This document shows, one piece after another, positions 10,077 to 20,261 of a stretch of 64,000 bases of DNA. Below the pieces are notes generated by a model. It was not told where the DNA came from and ran no database searches. It was given only the letters and a program-made list of their open reading frames with translations. Within the stretch, counting starts at the first letter, position 1. Every line of letters starts with the position of its first letter. The translations under genes were made by a program, and so were the position numbers. The DNA comes from a virus: the IMG/VR virus record IMGVR_UViG_3300047372_000605, positions 28,959-92,958 of that record; one strand, given 5' to 3'.

Positions 10077-10864
10077 AAGTATCACATGAAGCACCAATTC
10101 CCTACATGAAACAAGTTAGGGGGTTAATTGATTATGACTATTGTTTACCACACTTGCTAGATGAAAGCGAAGAATATAAACAATATTTTCAAGAATCTAA
10201 AGAAATGCAACGTTATATTATTATGGATAATTCCTTACATGAATTAGGAGAACCATATGATTCAGAACGCCTAGCCCATTGGTTATATTATTTTAAACCT
10301 GATGAATTTATAGTACCAGATTACTGGCAAGATAAAACAGCTACATTAGTATCAGCTAAAGAATGGGTTAATAAAAAATATCCTGAAAATACAACCCCAG
10401 TAGCTGTAGTACAAGGTAAAAATGAAGGTGAAGCTAGAGAATGTTATAGAATATTAAAATATCAAGGTTATGAAAAAATAGCATTTAGTTATGGTGCAGA
10501 TTGGTATTATGGTAAGGGAAAAGAAACATCTAAAAATATAGAAAATATAACAGTAACAAAAGCTCATGGTAGATATAACTTTATAAAAGAATTATATGAA
10601 GAAGATACTATTAAAAAATCAGATAGAATACATTTATTAGGATGCAATATTCCTCAAGAATTTAAATGGTATAAAAATATGCCATTTATTAAAACAATAG
10701 ACACATCAAACCCAGTTATACATGGTTTATCAGGAATAAAATATGAGCCCTGGGGATTGGATAACAAAATATCTACTAAGGTAGATAAATTTAAAGGAGA
10801 AGCTGAACATTGGGAAACAGCAATTTATAACATACAATTATTTAAAACATTTATACCAACATGA
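10073..10864 (+). CDS. TGT-fold transglycosylase (DpdA-like)
   Basis: IIMDNS, VVQG, IHLLG, IDTSNP resemble TGT motifs; overlaps queC. Confidence 0.62.
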   Translation: MKVSHEAPIPYMKQVRGLIDYDYCLPHLLDESEEYKQYFQESKEMQRYIIMDNSLHELGEPYDSERLAHWLYYFKPDEFIVPDYWQDKTATLVSAKEWVNKKYPENTTPVAVVQGKNEGEARECYRILKYQGYEKIAFSYGADWYYGKGKETSKNIENITVTKAHGRYNFIKELYEEDTIKKSDRIHLLGCNIPQEFKWYKNMPFIKTIDTSNPVIHGLSGIKYEPWGLDNKISTKVDKFKGEAEHWETAIYNIQLFKTFIPT

Positions 10865-11730
10865 AACAAGCAGTATTAAGTTTAAGTGGTGGAATGGATA
10901 GCAGTACACTATTACTTCACCTATTAGCAAACGATTATAAAGTAACAGCTCTTAGTTTTGATTATGGTCAAAAACATAGAGTTGAATTAGAAAGAGCACA
11001 ACAATTAGTAGATTACTTAAATAGTAAAGCAAGTGAAACTTTAGCTAAAAATGATTTAGGAGAAACTATTAAACATAATTTTGAGCCTATTACATATCAA
11101 TCTATTAAATTAGACGGTTTAACATCACTATTAGATTCAGCTTTAGTAGAAGGTGGAGATGATGTTCCTGAAGGACATTATGAAGAAGATAATATGAAAG
11201 CAACAGTAGTGCCTAATAGAAATAAAATATTTTCATCACTAATACAATCTGTAGCATTATCAATTGCTAACAAAACAGAATCAGCGGTAAAAATAGCAAT
11301 GGGTATTCATGCTGGAGATCATGCAATTTATCCTGATTGTAGACAAGAATTTAGAGATGCAGATTATAAAGCATTTTCGGAAGGTAACTGGGAAGCATCA
11401 AGGGTATCATTATACACACCATATTTAAATGGAGATAAATTTGATATTTTAAAAGATGGAGAAGTATGTTGTAAAGAATTAGGGATTGATTTTAATGAAG
11501 TATATAAAAGAACTAATACATCATATAAACCAACAGCTGAAGGATTATCAGATTATAAATCAGCATCTTCAGTAGAAAGGATAGAAGCATTTTTAAAACT
11601 AGGTAGAAAAGACCCTGTCATATATGTAGATGGTTGGGACACAGCAAAATCTCATGTTGAAAAATTATTAGCCGATCATGCAAATAAGCCTAACATGAAT
11701 GATACTATCGACATGGTAAATAATATGTAA
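10861..11730 (+). CDS. queC: 7-cyano-7-deazaguanine synthase
   Basis: SGGMDS, FDYGQKH, VPNRN, YPDCR. Confidence 0.93.
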   Translation: MKQAVLSLSGGMDSSTLLLHLLANDYKVTALSFDYGQKHRVELERAQQLVDYLNSKASETLAKNDLGETIKHNFEPITYQSIKLDGLTSLLDSALVEGGDDVPEGHYEEDNMKATVVPNRNKIFSSLIQSVALSIANKTESAVKIAMGIHAGDHAIYPDCRQEFRDADYKAFSEGNWEASRVSLYTPYLNGDKFDILKDGEVCCKELGIDFNEVYKRTNTSYKPTAEGLSDYKSASSVERIEAFLKLGRKDPVIYVDGWDTAKSHVEKLLADHANKPNMNDTIDMVNNM

Positions 11731-11731
11731 T

Positions 11732-11887
11732 ATGAAGCAACCAGACGCAAAAAAGCATCAAGTAATAAGTTTTATAAAATCAGGAATTCGTATCTTAGGA
11801 TATGGATTTCTTGTAATTAATTTGCCTATTGCAGTAATTTTACTTATATTAAGTGAAGCAGTAGGAATAATAGAAGAATTAGTATAA
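11732..11887 (+). CDS. 51-aa membrane protein inside the que cluster (not in ORF track)
   Basis: MKQPDAKKHQVISFIKSGIRILG...SEAVGIIEELV*, exactly filling the queC-queD gap. Confidence 0.65.
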   Translation: MKQPDAKKHQVISFIKSGIRILGYGFLVINLPIAVILLILSEAVGIIEELV

Positions 11888-12351
11888 TGGGAAAATTTCA
11901 ATCAAGTAAAGTTTTTGACGGGTTTAGTACAGTGTTTCGTCAATGGAAAGCTGAAGATACACACTGTAGGTTTTTACATGGGTATGGTATTTCATTTAAA
12001 GTATATTTTGAAGGTGAATTAGATGGTAGAAATTGGGTTTGGGATTTTGGAGGAATGAAAAGAGCCAAAACTAAAATTGATGGTAAATCTCCTAAAGAAT
12101 GGTTTGATTTTATGTTTGACCATACTGTAATAATAGCAGAAGATGACCCAGGAATGGGTGGTTGGGAAACAATGAATAAATTGGGAGTTATTCAATTAAG
12201 AGTTATTGAAGCAACAGGAGCAGAAAAATTTGCAGAGTTTATCTTTAATAAAGTAAATGATTTTGTCCATGAAGAAACTGAAGGTAGAGTAAGAGTTACT
12301 AAGGTTAAATTTATGGAACATGGTAAAAATGCAGCTTACTACTGTGAATAA
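11887..12351 (+). CDS. queD: 6-carboxy-5,6,7,8-tetrahydropterin synthase
   Basis: [24 protein letters not shown]. Confidence 0.9.
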   Translation: MGKFQSSKVFDGFSTVFRQWKAEDTHCRFLHGYGISFKVYFEGELDGRNWVWDFGGMKRAKTKIDGKSPKEWFDFMFDHTVIIAEDDPGMGGWETMNKLGVIQLRVIEATGAEKFAEFIFNKVNDFVHEETEGRVRVTKVKFMEHGKNAAYYCE

Positions 12352-12358
12352 AAAAATA

Positions 12359-12443
12359 GGAAAGATGGCAGAGCGGTCGAATGCGCTGGTCTTGAAAACC
12401 AGTTTACTGAAAAGTAACGGGGGTTCGAATCCCTCTCTTTCCG
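12359..12443 (+). tRNA. tRNA-Ser(UGA)
   Basis: GGAAAGA/TCTTTCC acceptor, CTGGT-CTTGAAA-ACCAG anticodon arm, long variable arm, GGTTCGAATCC; CCA not encoded. Confidence 0.93.
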
Positions 12444-12450
12444 CAAAAAT

Positions 12451-12521
12451 TACCGGGTCGTCTAGTGGCAGGACATTTGGTTTTGGTCCAGAGAACGGAG
12501 GTTCGAATCCTTCCCCGGTAA
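12451..12521 (+). tRNA. tRNA-Gln(UUG)
   Basis: TACCGGG/CCCGGTA acceptor, loop TTTTGGT, GGTTCGAATCC. Confidence 0.9.
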
Positions 12522-12530
12522 CTATTAAAT

Positions 12531-12607
<77 letters not shown>

Positions 12608-12621
12608 CTAAAATTAAATAA

Positions 12622-13392
12622 ATGAAAAGAATAGAAGATTATAATAAAGTATTACCAGTTTTAGAAGTATATAGGTGTGTACAATCAGAAGGATCTAGAT
12701 TTGGTAGACCTACAATAGCAGTTAGAACAACAGGTTGTACTCACAGATGCTATTTTGGAGAAGGTGGTTGGTGTGATTCTTGGTATACAAGTATACATCC
12801 AGAAAAAGGTACATTTACATTTAATGATATTATTAAAATATATGATGATAATCCTCATGTAAAAGAAATGATGTTAACAGGTGGTTCACCTACAATGCAC
12901 CCTGCTTTAGTAAATGAAATAACACACTTTGCAAATGAAAGAAATATACTTGTTACAATTGAAACTGAAGGTTCTCATTTTCTTGAAACCGATTATCCCT
13001 TGGATCTTATTAGTCTTAGTCCTAAGTTTTCTAATTCAGTTCCTGTAATAGGAGCTATTACACCTAATGGAGCAGTAGCAGATGAAAGAATGATTAAAGT
13101 CCATAACAGACTTAGATTAAATAAAGAAGCTATAGGAAAAACAATTGCATACCATAAAGACTATCATTTTAAACCAGTATGGGATGGCACAGATAAAAAT
13201 TTAGAAGAAATAGAGGCATTTAGAGTTGAAATGGATATACCAAAGGACAAAACATTTATTATGCCAGCTGGAGATACTAGAGAAACACTAATAAAAATGT
13301 ATCCTTTAGTATTTGAATTATGTGCTGAAAAAGGATATAATATGACAGGTAGAGACCATATTATAGCATTTGATACAGAACGAGGTGTCTAA
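12622..13392 (+). CDS. queE: 7-carboxy-7-deazaguanine synthase (radical SAM)
   Basis: QSEG, GCTHRC...WCDS, TGGSP, IETEG, SLSPK. Confidence 0.9.
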   Translation: MKRIEDYNKVLPVLEVYRCVQSEGSRFGRPTIAVRTTGCTHRCYFGEGGWCDSWYTSIHPEKGTFTFNDIIKIYDDNPHVKEMMLTGGSPTMHPALVNEITHFANERNILVTIETEGSHFLETDYPLDLISLSPKFSNSVPVIGAITPNGAVADERMIKVHNRLRLNKEAIGKTIAYHKDYHFKPVWDGTDKNLEEIEAFRVEMDIPKDKTFIMPAGDTRETLIKMYPLVFELCAEKGYNMTGRDHIIAFDTERGV

Positions 13393-13519
13393 GGAGGAAG
13401 CATTAGAAATATTAGAAGAAATAAAAGAAAACGTAAACGTTTGTTGTGCCATTACTATGGAACCAGACGAAGTATTAGATTTAATAGAAAAATTAGAAGA
13501 ATATTTAAGAAATGAATAA
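13385..13519 (+). CDS. 44-aa hypothetical protein (not in ORF track)
   Basis: GTG-start MSKEEALEILEEIKENVNVCCAITMEP...RNE* bridging queE and the nuclease. Confidence 0.5.
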   Translation: MSKEEALEILEEIKENVNVCCAITMEPDEVLDLIEKLEEYLRNE

Positions 13520-14087
13520 AATAAAAATAACATTAATTTTAATACTTAGCAGTGTTTTAAATTATAGTCAAGTAATAAAAACTGACATATTTACAGTTAA
13601 ATATTCTGAAGAATATCAACAACCAATTTGGTTAGAATATACAATACAATGCCCAAACGGACACGCTGAAAGAACAGGTATGAATTTTTGGGTACCTAAA
13701 GGGGTAAAAACATCAGATGATGCAGATTATGTAGATAATATTTACGATAAAGGTCACTTAGCACCTGCGGCAGCATTTAACTGTGATAAAGAAACCCTAC
13801 TTAAAACATTTTCATACTTAAACTCAGCTTTACAACATGAAGGACTAAACAGAGGACAATGGGCAAGACTAGAATCATTTGAAAGAAGTTTAGCTAATTT
13901 CTTTGATAAAGAAGTAAAAGTAAGAGTAGATGTCTTATTCGAAGGTAAATTAAAAAAGGTAAAAGGTGGAGCTACAATACCTAGTGGCTTTAGAAAAACA
14001 ATAATAATGGGAGATATTAAAAAAATATTTGAATTTCCAAACGCCGATACAAAAGGTACAAGTTGGATAGAATATCTCAAAAAATAA
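13512..14087 (+). CDS. DNA/RNA non-specific endonuclease (His-Me finger), secreted
   Basis: Signal-like N-terminus; DKGHLAPAA, LNRGQW..LE. Confidence 0.88.
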   Translation: MNKIKITLILILSSVLNYSQVIKTDIFTVKYSEEYQQPIWLEYTIQCPNGHAERTGMNFWVPKGVKTSDDADYVDNIYDKGHLAPAAAFNCDKETLLKTFSYLNSALQHEGLNRGQWARLESFERSLANFFDKEVKVRVDVLFEGKLKKVKGGATIPSGFRKTIIMGDIKKIFEFPNADTKGTSWIEYLKK

Positions 14088-14093
14088 AAAATT

Positions 14094-14249
14094 ATGAAAG
14101 TAACAAATTTATGGAATAAACTTAGAATATTAAGTGGTAATATTTTAGAAATTAAGATTAGGATAAGTAAATTTATAATATTAGATTTATTTGTAAGTAC
14201 AAACAGATTTAAATTAATGATTTTAAATATTGGATTTGAAAGCAAGTAA
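14094..14249 (+). CDS. 51-aa hypothetical protein (not in ORF track)
   Basis: MKVTNLWNK...IGFESK* fills the gap. Confidence 0.45.
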   Translation: MKVTNLWNKLRILSGNILEIKIRISKFIILDLFVSTNRFKLMILNIGFESK

Positions 14250-14805
14250 AATATTACTTATACTTTTAGTTTTAATAGGTTGCAATAAAGAAGATGAAGA
14301 TGGTTATAGAGTTTATACTATAGATAGAGGTAACCATTACTCAGATGGCCCTATAGATAAATTATTTGGTAATAATAATAGAGCTGAATCATGGGAATGG
14401 GAAGTTATATTTGAACCATCTTGTATTTACTCAGAATCAGATTTATTTAATCCCTCAAATTATTTAGACGTTAATAAATTAATAGGTTTTTCAGATTGTG
14501 ACAGACACCATTCTCAATATTCATGTAGAATAGGTTGGAGAGCATCAGGTGATTCTATTGAATTACTAATATATAAGAGGGATGATAATAATATAGAATT
14601 TAAATCCCTTAAAAAAGTATACCCAGACCAAATAGTAAACGTTACTTTAGATTTTAAAGACACTATTTACACATCTTGTATAGATGGAACTTGTGATACG
14701 TTAATAAGACCTTGTCCAGATTGGTCAGGTAGAAAATATTCACTGTTTCCATTCTTTGGTGGTCAAGAAACGGCACCACATAAAATGAAAATTAGAATAA
14801 AATGA
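14230..14805 (+). CDS. Putative lipoprotein
   Basis: KILLILLVLIG-C lipobox followed by NKEDED. Confidence 0.6.
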   Translation: MDLKASKILLILLVLIGCNKEDEDGYRVYTIDRGNHYSDGPIDKLFGNNNRAESWEWEVIFEPSCIYSESDLFNPSNYLDVNKLIGFSDCDRHHSQYSCRIGWRASGDSIELLIYKRDDNNIEFKSLKKVYPDQIVNVTLDFKDTIYTSCIDGTCDTLIRPCPDWSGRKYSLFPFFGGQETAPHKMKIRIK

Positions 14806-15239
14806 AAAAATACAATGTAGATTGGGATGAAATAAAAGCTTTAGTATTCAGGCTATCCCATAAAATAATTACCAACGATTTAGAATTTAAAAACATATAT
14901 GGTTTACAAAGAGGAGGTTTAATACCTGCAGTAATGTTATCTCACCAATTAGGAATACCTATGGCTAAAGGTGATATAGGACCTGACACTTTAATAGTAG
15001 ACGATATTTGTGATAGTGGAGAAACACTAGATAATTTAGTAAAAAAATATCAAACATTATATTCTTACCCATTTAACCTTAAAACAGCAGTTTTACATTA
15101 TAAACCTCATACTTCATGTTTTGAACCAACTTTATATGCCGAAAAATGGAATAAGGATGTTTGGTTAATATATCCTTGGGAAAAAGAAGATTCAGAAGCT
15201 ATACAAGATTACAAAGTAAAAGTTGGAGAATTGCAATAA
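14802..15239 (+). CDS. Purine-type phosphoribosyltransferase
   Basis: RGGLIP, LIVDDICDSGET PRPP-binding motif, WLIYPWE. Confidence 0.9.
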   Translation: MKKYNVDWDEIKALVFRLSHKIITNDLEFKNIYGLQRGGLIPAVMLSHQLGIPMAKGDIGPDTLIVDDICDSGETLDNLVKKYQTLYSYPFNLKTAVLHYKPHTSCFEPTLYAEKWNKDVWLIYPWEKEDSEAIQDYKVKVGELQ

Positions 15240-15251
15240 TTTTATTATATT
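15222..15251 (+). promoter_or_regulatory. TTG-N20-TATATT promoter (variant) upstream of folE
   Basis: GTTGG...ATTATATT, conserved spacing. Confidence 0.55.
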
Positions 15252-15268
15252 AACGTAAAAATTAGTTA

Positions 15269-15964
15269 ATGGAGAACAAACGAAGAAAAATACACGAGGA
15301 GTTAGAAGTAGTAAAAGAAGGTTTTGCAAACGGAGTTGCACCTGGTTTTCCACTCCCACAATCTGAAAAAGATAAGATGATAGATAAAGCAGAATTGGCG
15401 TATGGTCAATTTTTAGATGCTTTAAAATGTGATTGGAGAAATGATCCAAATTCAATGGAAACACCTAGACGTGTAGCTAAAGCTTATGTTAATGATTTAT
15501 GGGCGGGTAGATACACAGCAATGTCTCCTATTACATCTTTTCCTTCTGATGGTTATGATGGTATTATTATAGAAAGAAACATACCTTTAACATCAATGTG
15601 CTCTCATCATCATCAAACAATTGGAGGTGTAGTTCATATTGGTTATATAGCAGGAGAAGGTGGTCAAGTAATTGGGTTATCAAAACTAAACAGAATTGTA
15701 GAATTATTTGGTAGAAGAGGAGCAATACAAGAGCAACTAACCTCAGCAATTCATAATGCCGTATCTAAAATTACAGAAGGTAATAAAGGTGTTATAGTTA
15801 CAATAGTAGGTACTCATAATTGTGTTAGTTGTAGAGGAGTAAAACATCAAGGAGCAGCCATGGTTACAACTAAAGCTTCAGGTGTGTTTAGAGAAAACGA
15901 TAATTTAGCTAGAAAAGAATTTTTTGACAGCCTAAAGATTAACAACGGAGGGCATAATATATAA
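15269..15964 (+). CDS. folE: GTP cyclohydrolase I
   Basis: ETPRRVAK, SMCSHH, GLSKLNR, QEQLT, HNCVSCRG. Confidence 0.95.
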   Translation: MENKRRKIHEELEVVKEGFANGVAPGFPLPQSEKDKMIDKAELAYGQFLDALKCDWRNDPNSMETPRRVAKAYVNDLWAGRYTAMSPITSFPSDGYDGIIIERNIPLTSMCSHHHQTIGGVVHIGYIAGEGGQVIGLSKLNRIVELFGRRGAIQEQLTSAIHNAVSKITEGNKGVIVTIVGTHNCVSCRGVKHQGAAMVTTKASGVFRENDNLARKEFFDSLKINNGGHNI

Positions 15965-15967
15965 ACA

Positions 15968-16609
15968 ATGAGTAAACAAAGAACATTAAATGAGCTGAGA
16001 CAAACTAAGGATGCACATTATATTCCAAAGTATGATCCTCAAACAGGAGATAAAAATCCTCATTATAAAGAACTAACAGGTGAAGAACTTGAAGAGATGA
16101 TGAATGAAACAGATGCACCTCCAGGAGTTCAATTTGTAAATGAAGTAGAAATATTTAATGCCACATTTGGTAAACCAAACAACTATGTCCCAACAATCCC
16201 AGAAAAGAAAGAAACAGATTTCGTCTACGACTTTTGTATCGAAGAAATCACAGAATATCAAGAAGCTTGCAAAAACGGAGACATCGTGGAAATTTTGGAT
16301 GCTATTTGCGATATTGCTTATGTTACCTTGGGGAATGCCACTATGTTACATGGCCTTAAAGATAAGATTTGGCCAGCGTATAAAGAAGTCCAGGCGTCAA
16401 ATATGTCTAAGTCTTGCAAAACTGAAGAAGAAGCAGCACAAACTGTCACTCAAAGAGCTAAGGAACAAGGTGAAGAATGCCATTTTGAAAAAGTAGGAGA
16501 TAGATATGTTGTATACAGAACAAGAGACAGAAAGGTTATGAAATCTATTAACTATTTTAGACCAGATTTAAAGCAGTTTTTCACTGAAGAGGAATTAAAA
16601 AATGTTTAA
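15968..16609 (+). CDS. All-alpha NTP pyrophosphohydrolase (MazG/PRA-PH-like)
   Basis: EEITEY...EILDAICDIAYV...SNMSK...KVMKS. Confidence 0.85.
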   Translation: MSKQRTLNELRQTKDAHYIPKYDPQTGDKNPHYKELTGEELEEMMNETDAPPGVQFVNEVEIFNATFGKPNNYVPTIPEKKETDFVYDFCIEEITEYQEACKNGDIVEILDAICDIAYVTLGNATMLHGLKDKIWPAYKEVQASNMSKSCKTEEEAAQTVTQRAKEQGEECHFEKVGDRYVVYRTRDRKVMKSINYFRPDLKQFFTEEELKNV

Positions 16610-18278
16610 AAAAGCATTTGCACGAAGAATAGGAGGAAACAAACATTTAATACATCTTTGGACTGACACAGGTTATGAGAAAGTTGAATGGACAAACTTT
16701 GCCTATAAAGAATGCAGTGAAGCAGATGCTGATTATATAGGTTTAAATGGCGAACCACTAAGAAAGACTAGTAAATGGGGTCCTGATGATTCAGGACTCC
16801 ATTTTCATGACATGAAAGCATATCAAAAATTCTTAATTGAAAAATATGGTACTAATGATGAACCATCTACTACACACAGAGAATTATTTTTTGATATTGA
16901 AACTGAAATGGGTGATGCTTTAACACCTGAATACATTCAAAATGCACCTAAAAAAGTTACATCTATAGCTTGGTATGATAAACAAGTAGATGAATGGGGT
17001 ATATTAATTTTAGATACTAAAAACCAATTAGAACATACTAAAGCTAGAAACAAAGAAATTACACCTTGTAAAACCGAAAGTGATTTACTAGCTAAATTCT
17101 TAGAAAAATTTAGAGAAATCGATCCTGATATTATAATAGGATACAATAGTGATTATTTTGATATACCATACCTATACTACAGAATGTGTAATGTATTAGG
17201 TGAAGATTGGGCTAGACATTTATCTCCTATTGGTTATGTAAGAGAAACACCTTGGTTTAAAGACCAATATATTCAAATAGCAGGTGTTGAATCTCTTGAT
17301 TACATGCGTTTACATAAAAAGTTTAGTTGGAAAGATGAACCATCATGGAAATTAGATGCTATTGGAGAAAAATATGCAGGTATAAATAAAGTTGAATATG
17401 AAGGTAATTTAGATTCTTTATTTGAAAGTGACATAAATAAATTCATCCAATATAACTTTGTTGATGTTGAAATACTAGTTGAATTAGATAAAAAATTAGA
17501 ATATTTAGCTTTAACTAAAAATCTATCACATAAAGGTAAACATAACTATAGTGAGGTATATGCTAATACAAATACCCAAGATGGTGCTATTTCGGCTTAC
17601 TTATTATCCCAAAATATTATCCCACCTGCTAAAGACAAAGACTTAAAAGCAGAAAAAGGATATGCTGGAGGTTATTTATTTTGCCCTAAAGCAGGAATAT
17701 ACAACTATATGTTTGATGAGGATTTAACTTCACTATATCCCTCAATTATTATGTCTCTTAATATAGGTAAAGAAACATTAAAAGCAAGAATCATAGATGC
17801 TGATGATAGAAATAATAGATTAGGATTAAATGATTTAAAAGCTAAAGACCCAGATAGTACTATTATTATTAAAAACCATAAAGGCAAACGAGCTGAAGTT
17901 ACAATAGCTAACCTATTAAAATTTATAGAAGGAAATCAATTTACTATATCAGCTAATGGTACTATGTTTGCTACAAATAGACAATCAGTACTATCAACTA
18001 TACTAGCTAAATGGTTTGGTGAAAGAGTATTATATAAAGGTAAAATGAAAAAAGCATACCAAGCTAAAGATAAAGAAGCAGGAGCTAAATATCATTTACT
18101 ACAATATACAATGAAAATTTTATTAAATAGTTTATATGGTGCAACAGCATTACCTAGTTTTAGATATGGTAATGTTAATTTATCAAAAGCTATAACACTT
18201 TCAGGACAAAGAATTATTCAAGAATCAGCTTTAATAGCAAATAAAAAAATGAACGAGGAGATAAAAAATGTTAAGTAA
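16602..18278 (+). CDS. Family B DNA polymerase, N-terminal part (exonuclease, motifs A and B)
   Basis: FFDIET, GYNSDYFD, YNFVD, DLTSLYPS, KILLNSLYG. Confidence 0.93.
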   Translation: MFKKAFARRIGGNKHLIHLWTDTGYEKVEWTNFAYKECSEADADYIGLNGEPLRKTSKWGPDDSGLHFHDMKAYQKFLIEKYGTNDEPSTTHRELFFDIETEMGDALTPEYIQNAPKKVTSIAWYDKQVDEWGILILDTKNQLEHTKARNKEITPCKTESDLLAKFLEKFREIDPDIIIGYNSDYFDIPYLYYRMCNVLGEDWARHLSPIGYVRETPWFKDQYIQIAGVESLDYMRLHKKFSWKDEPSWKLDAIGEKYAGINKVEYEGNLDSLFESDINKFIQYNFVDVEILVELDKKLEYLALTKNLSHKGKHNYSEVYANTNTQDGAISAYLLSQNIIPPAKDKDLKAEKGYAGGYLFCPKAGIYNYMFDEDLTSLYPSIIMSLNIGKETLKARIIDADDRNNRLGLNDLKAKDPDSTIIIKNHKGKRAEVTIANLLKFIEGNQFTISANGTMFATNRQSVLSTILAKWFGERVLYKGKMKKAYQAKDKEAGAKYHLLQYTMKILLNSLYGATALPSFRYGNVNLSKAITLSGQRIIQESALIANKKMNEEIKNVK

Positions 18279-18531
18279 ACAATCCATAAGAAAAGAACAC
18301 ATTATACTTTTAAATAGAGTAAAAATGTCAAAAGATGAAATCATAGAAATATCTAAAGATTTCACAGAACCTGAAGAACAACGATTTAGAAAAATATTAC
18401 AACAAGGTGGTAAAATTTCTATTCAAGGTAAAAAATTTGAAATAGTAAAAGATTTAAAAGACTATGCTAGAAATAGTAAAGGTGAATATGAAGCTCCAGC
18501 TAAACCTCATAGAAACGAAGACTGGGAATGA
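18268..18531 (+). CDS. 87-aa protein between the two polymerase halves
   Basis: Overlaps both neighbours (ATGA coupling at 18528). Confidence 0.65.
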   Translation: MLSKQSIRKEHIILLNRVKMSKDEIIEISKDFTEPEEQRFRKILQQGGKISIQGKKFEIVKDLKDYARNSKGEYEAPAKPHRNEDWE

Positions 18532-19505
18532 AGCATTTAGAAGACACACCATGGTGGATATGTGATCCTGAAGATACTAACTATTGTGCTTATGTAGACA
18601 CAGATAGTAATTATTTTCATGCTGAACCTTTATTAAGACATAGATTTCCTAATTTTGATGGAATGTCTGATAAGGAAAAGGATACTGAACTAGAAAAAAT
18701 TGCCCTAGAATATCAAGATATTATTACAGACCATTACAATAATGTAGCTAAGGACGTTTTTAATATAAATCAATTTGAATGGTTTGATAAGCCACATTGG
18801 TTAGAAATGAAAACTGAATGTGTAATAAGATCAGCTTATTTTAGAGCAACTAGAAGGTATGCACAATGGATCACTAAACAAGAAGGTGTTGAAAAAGAAA
18901 CACTTGATATTAAAGGTTTAGAGTTCCAAAAATCTAATTTTCCACCTATACTAGGTAAATTCTTTAATGATGTTTTAGTAGACGTTTTAAAAGGTGAAAC
19001 ACAAGATGATATAGATGCTAGAGTAAAAACATTTAAAAAGCAAGTATTAGATGGAACCATACCATTAACAGATTTAGGTAACCCAACATCAGTAAAACAA
19101 ATAGGTAAACATCAAGGCAAACCAGCCAGAAAAGGAGAAATGTTATCAACATTTAATCATGTAGAAAATAAAGTAGGCAGAAAATTAGGTGCACCTGCAG
19201 CAGTAAAAGCAGCTATTAGATATAACGATTTACTTAGATTTTGGAAATTAGATAGCAAATACGAATTAATTACCAATGGTACTAAAATAAAATGGATTTA
19301 TCTTAAAAATAACCCATATCAAATTGAAGAAATAGCATTTCTAGATTATGATATGCCAGAAAAAATTCGTACATTCATTGAGCAGTATGCTGATAGAAAA
19401 AAAGTATTTGAAAGTATTTTATTAAATAAATTAGAGGGATTCTATGGTGATTTAGAATGGAACTTAAACTTAAACCCCTACATTAATCAATTTTTTGACT
19501 TATGA
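18528..19505 (+). CDS. Family B DNA polymerase, C-terminal part (motif C, thumb)
   Basis: YVDTDS, RRYA, IKGLE; C-terminal INQFFDL resembles a clamp-binding motif. Confidence 0.92.
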   Translation: MKHLEDTPWWICDPEDTNYCAYVDTDSNYFHAEPLLRHRFPNFDGMSDKEKDTELEKIALEYQDIITDHYNNVAKDVFNINQFEWFDKPHWLEMKTECVIRSAYFRATRRYAQWITKQEGVEKETLDIKGLEFQKSNFPPILGKFFNDVLVDVLKGETQDDIDARVKTFKKQVLDGTIPLTDLGNPTSVKQIGKHQGKPARKGEMLSTFNHVENKVGRKLGAPAAVKAAIRYNDLLRFWKLDSKYELITNGTKIKWIYLKNNPYQIEEIAFLDYDMPEKIRTFIEQYADRKKVFESILLNKLEGFYGDLEWNLNLNPYINQFFDL

Positions 19506-20242
19506 TAAGTAAAACACAATTACAATCAATAATATCTAAATACCATTTAGGTGAAATAGAACAAATCAAATGGGAAATCGAAGACAACCATTTACAAATA
19601 AATTTTATAGCACCATCAAATATGGTATTAGGATCAGTTAAATGCAACGATTTCCAAATGCAAGATGCAGATTTAGCTATATACAACACAAAAAAATTAG
19701 CTAATTTAATTTCAATATGTAGTGGGGATTTAGTATTAGATTTAGAAAGACAAAGAGAAATAATTACTAAATTAAAAATAGCTGATTTGAACTTTAATTT
19801 AGAATATGCTTTATCAGATCCTTTATTAATCAAAAAAGTAGGTAAAGCTAAACCAGTAGATAGTTGGTATGTTGAACTACAATTAAGTAGTGAAGAAATA
19901 TCTAACATATTAAGAGCTAAAAGCGCTATGTCAGAAGTAGAACAATTTTTAGTTACCACTACAAAAGATTTAGATAATATGGATGTATGTGAACTTATAT
20001 TTGGAGATGAAATAGGTCACAACAATAAAATATCATACCAATTACAAGGTACGATAAATAAAGAATTTATGAAAATAAAATATAACTCTAATATGATGAA
20101 AACTATATTAAATGCAAATAAAGATATGGATGAAGGTACATTCAAAATATCTAATGCAGGTTTAATGTATTTACATTTTACAGATGGTGTTATAGAAAGC
20201 GAATATTACATGGTTCCTACAGAGGACGGTATTATTTCTTAA
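19502..20242 (+). CDS. Sliding clamp (gp45/PCNA-like)
   Basis: 246 aa, directly after polymerase; AIYN..KL, ISNAGLM..F pattern. Confidence 0.7.
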   Translation: MISKTQLQSIISKYHLGEIEQIKWEIEDNHLQINFIAPSNMVLGSVKCNDFQMQDADLAIYNTKKLANLISICSGDLVLDLERQREIITKLKIADLNFNLEYALSDPLLIKKVGKAKPVDSWYVELQLSSEEISNILRAKSAMSEVEQFLVTTTKDLDNMDVCELIFGDEIGHNNKISYQLQGTINKEFMKIKYNSNMMKTILNANKDMDEGTFKISNAGLMYLHFTDGVIESEYYMVPTEDGIIS

Positions 20243-20261
20243 TTTTCATATATTTATAGAT

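Noticed and set aside
18268-18531. Intein or group I intron in the polymerase
   Set aside because: No C/S...HN intein ends, no recognisable P/Q/R/S elements, and the insert is an overlapping ORF with normal coupling
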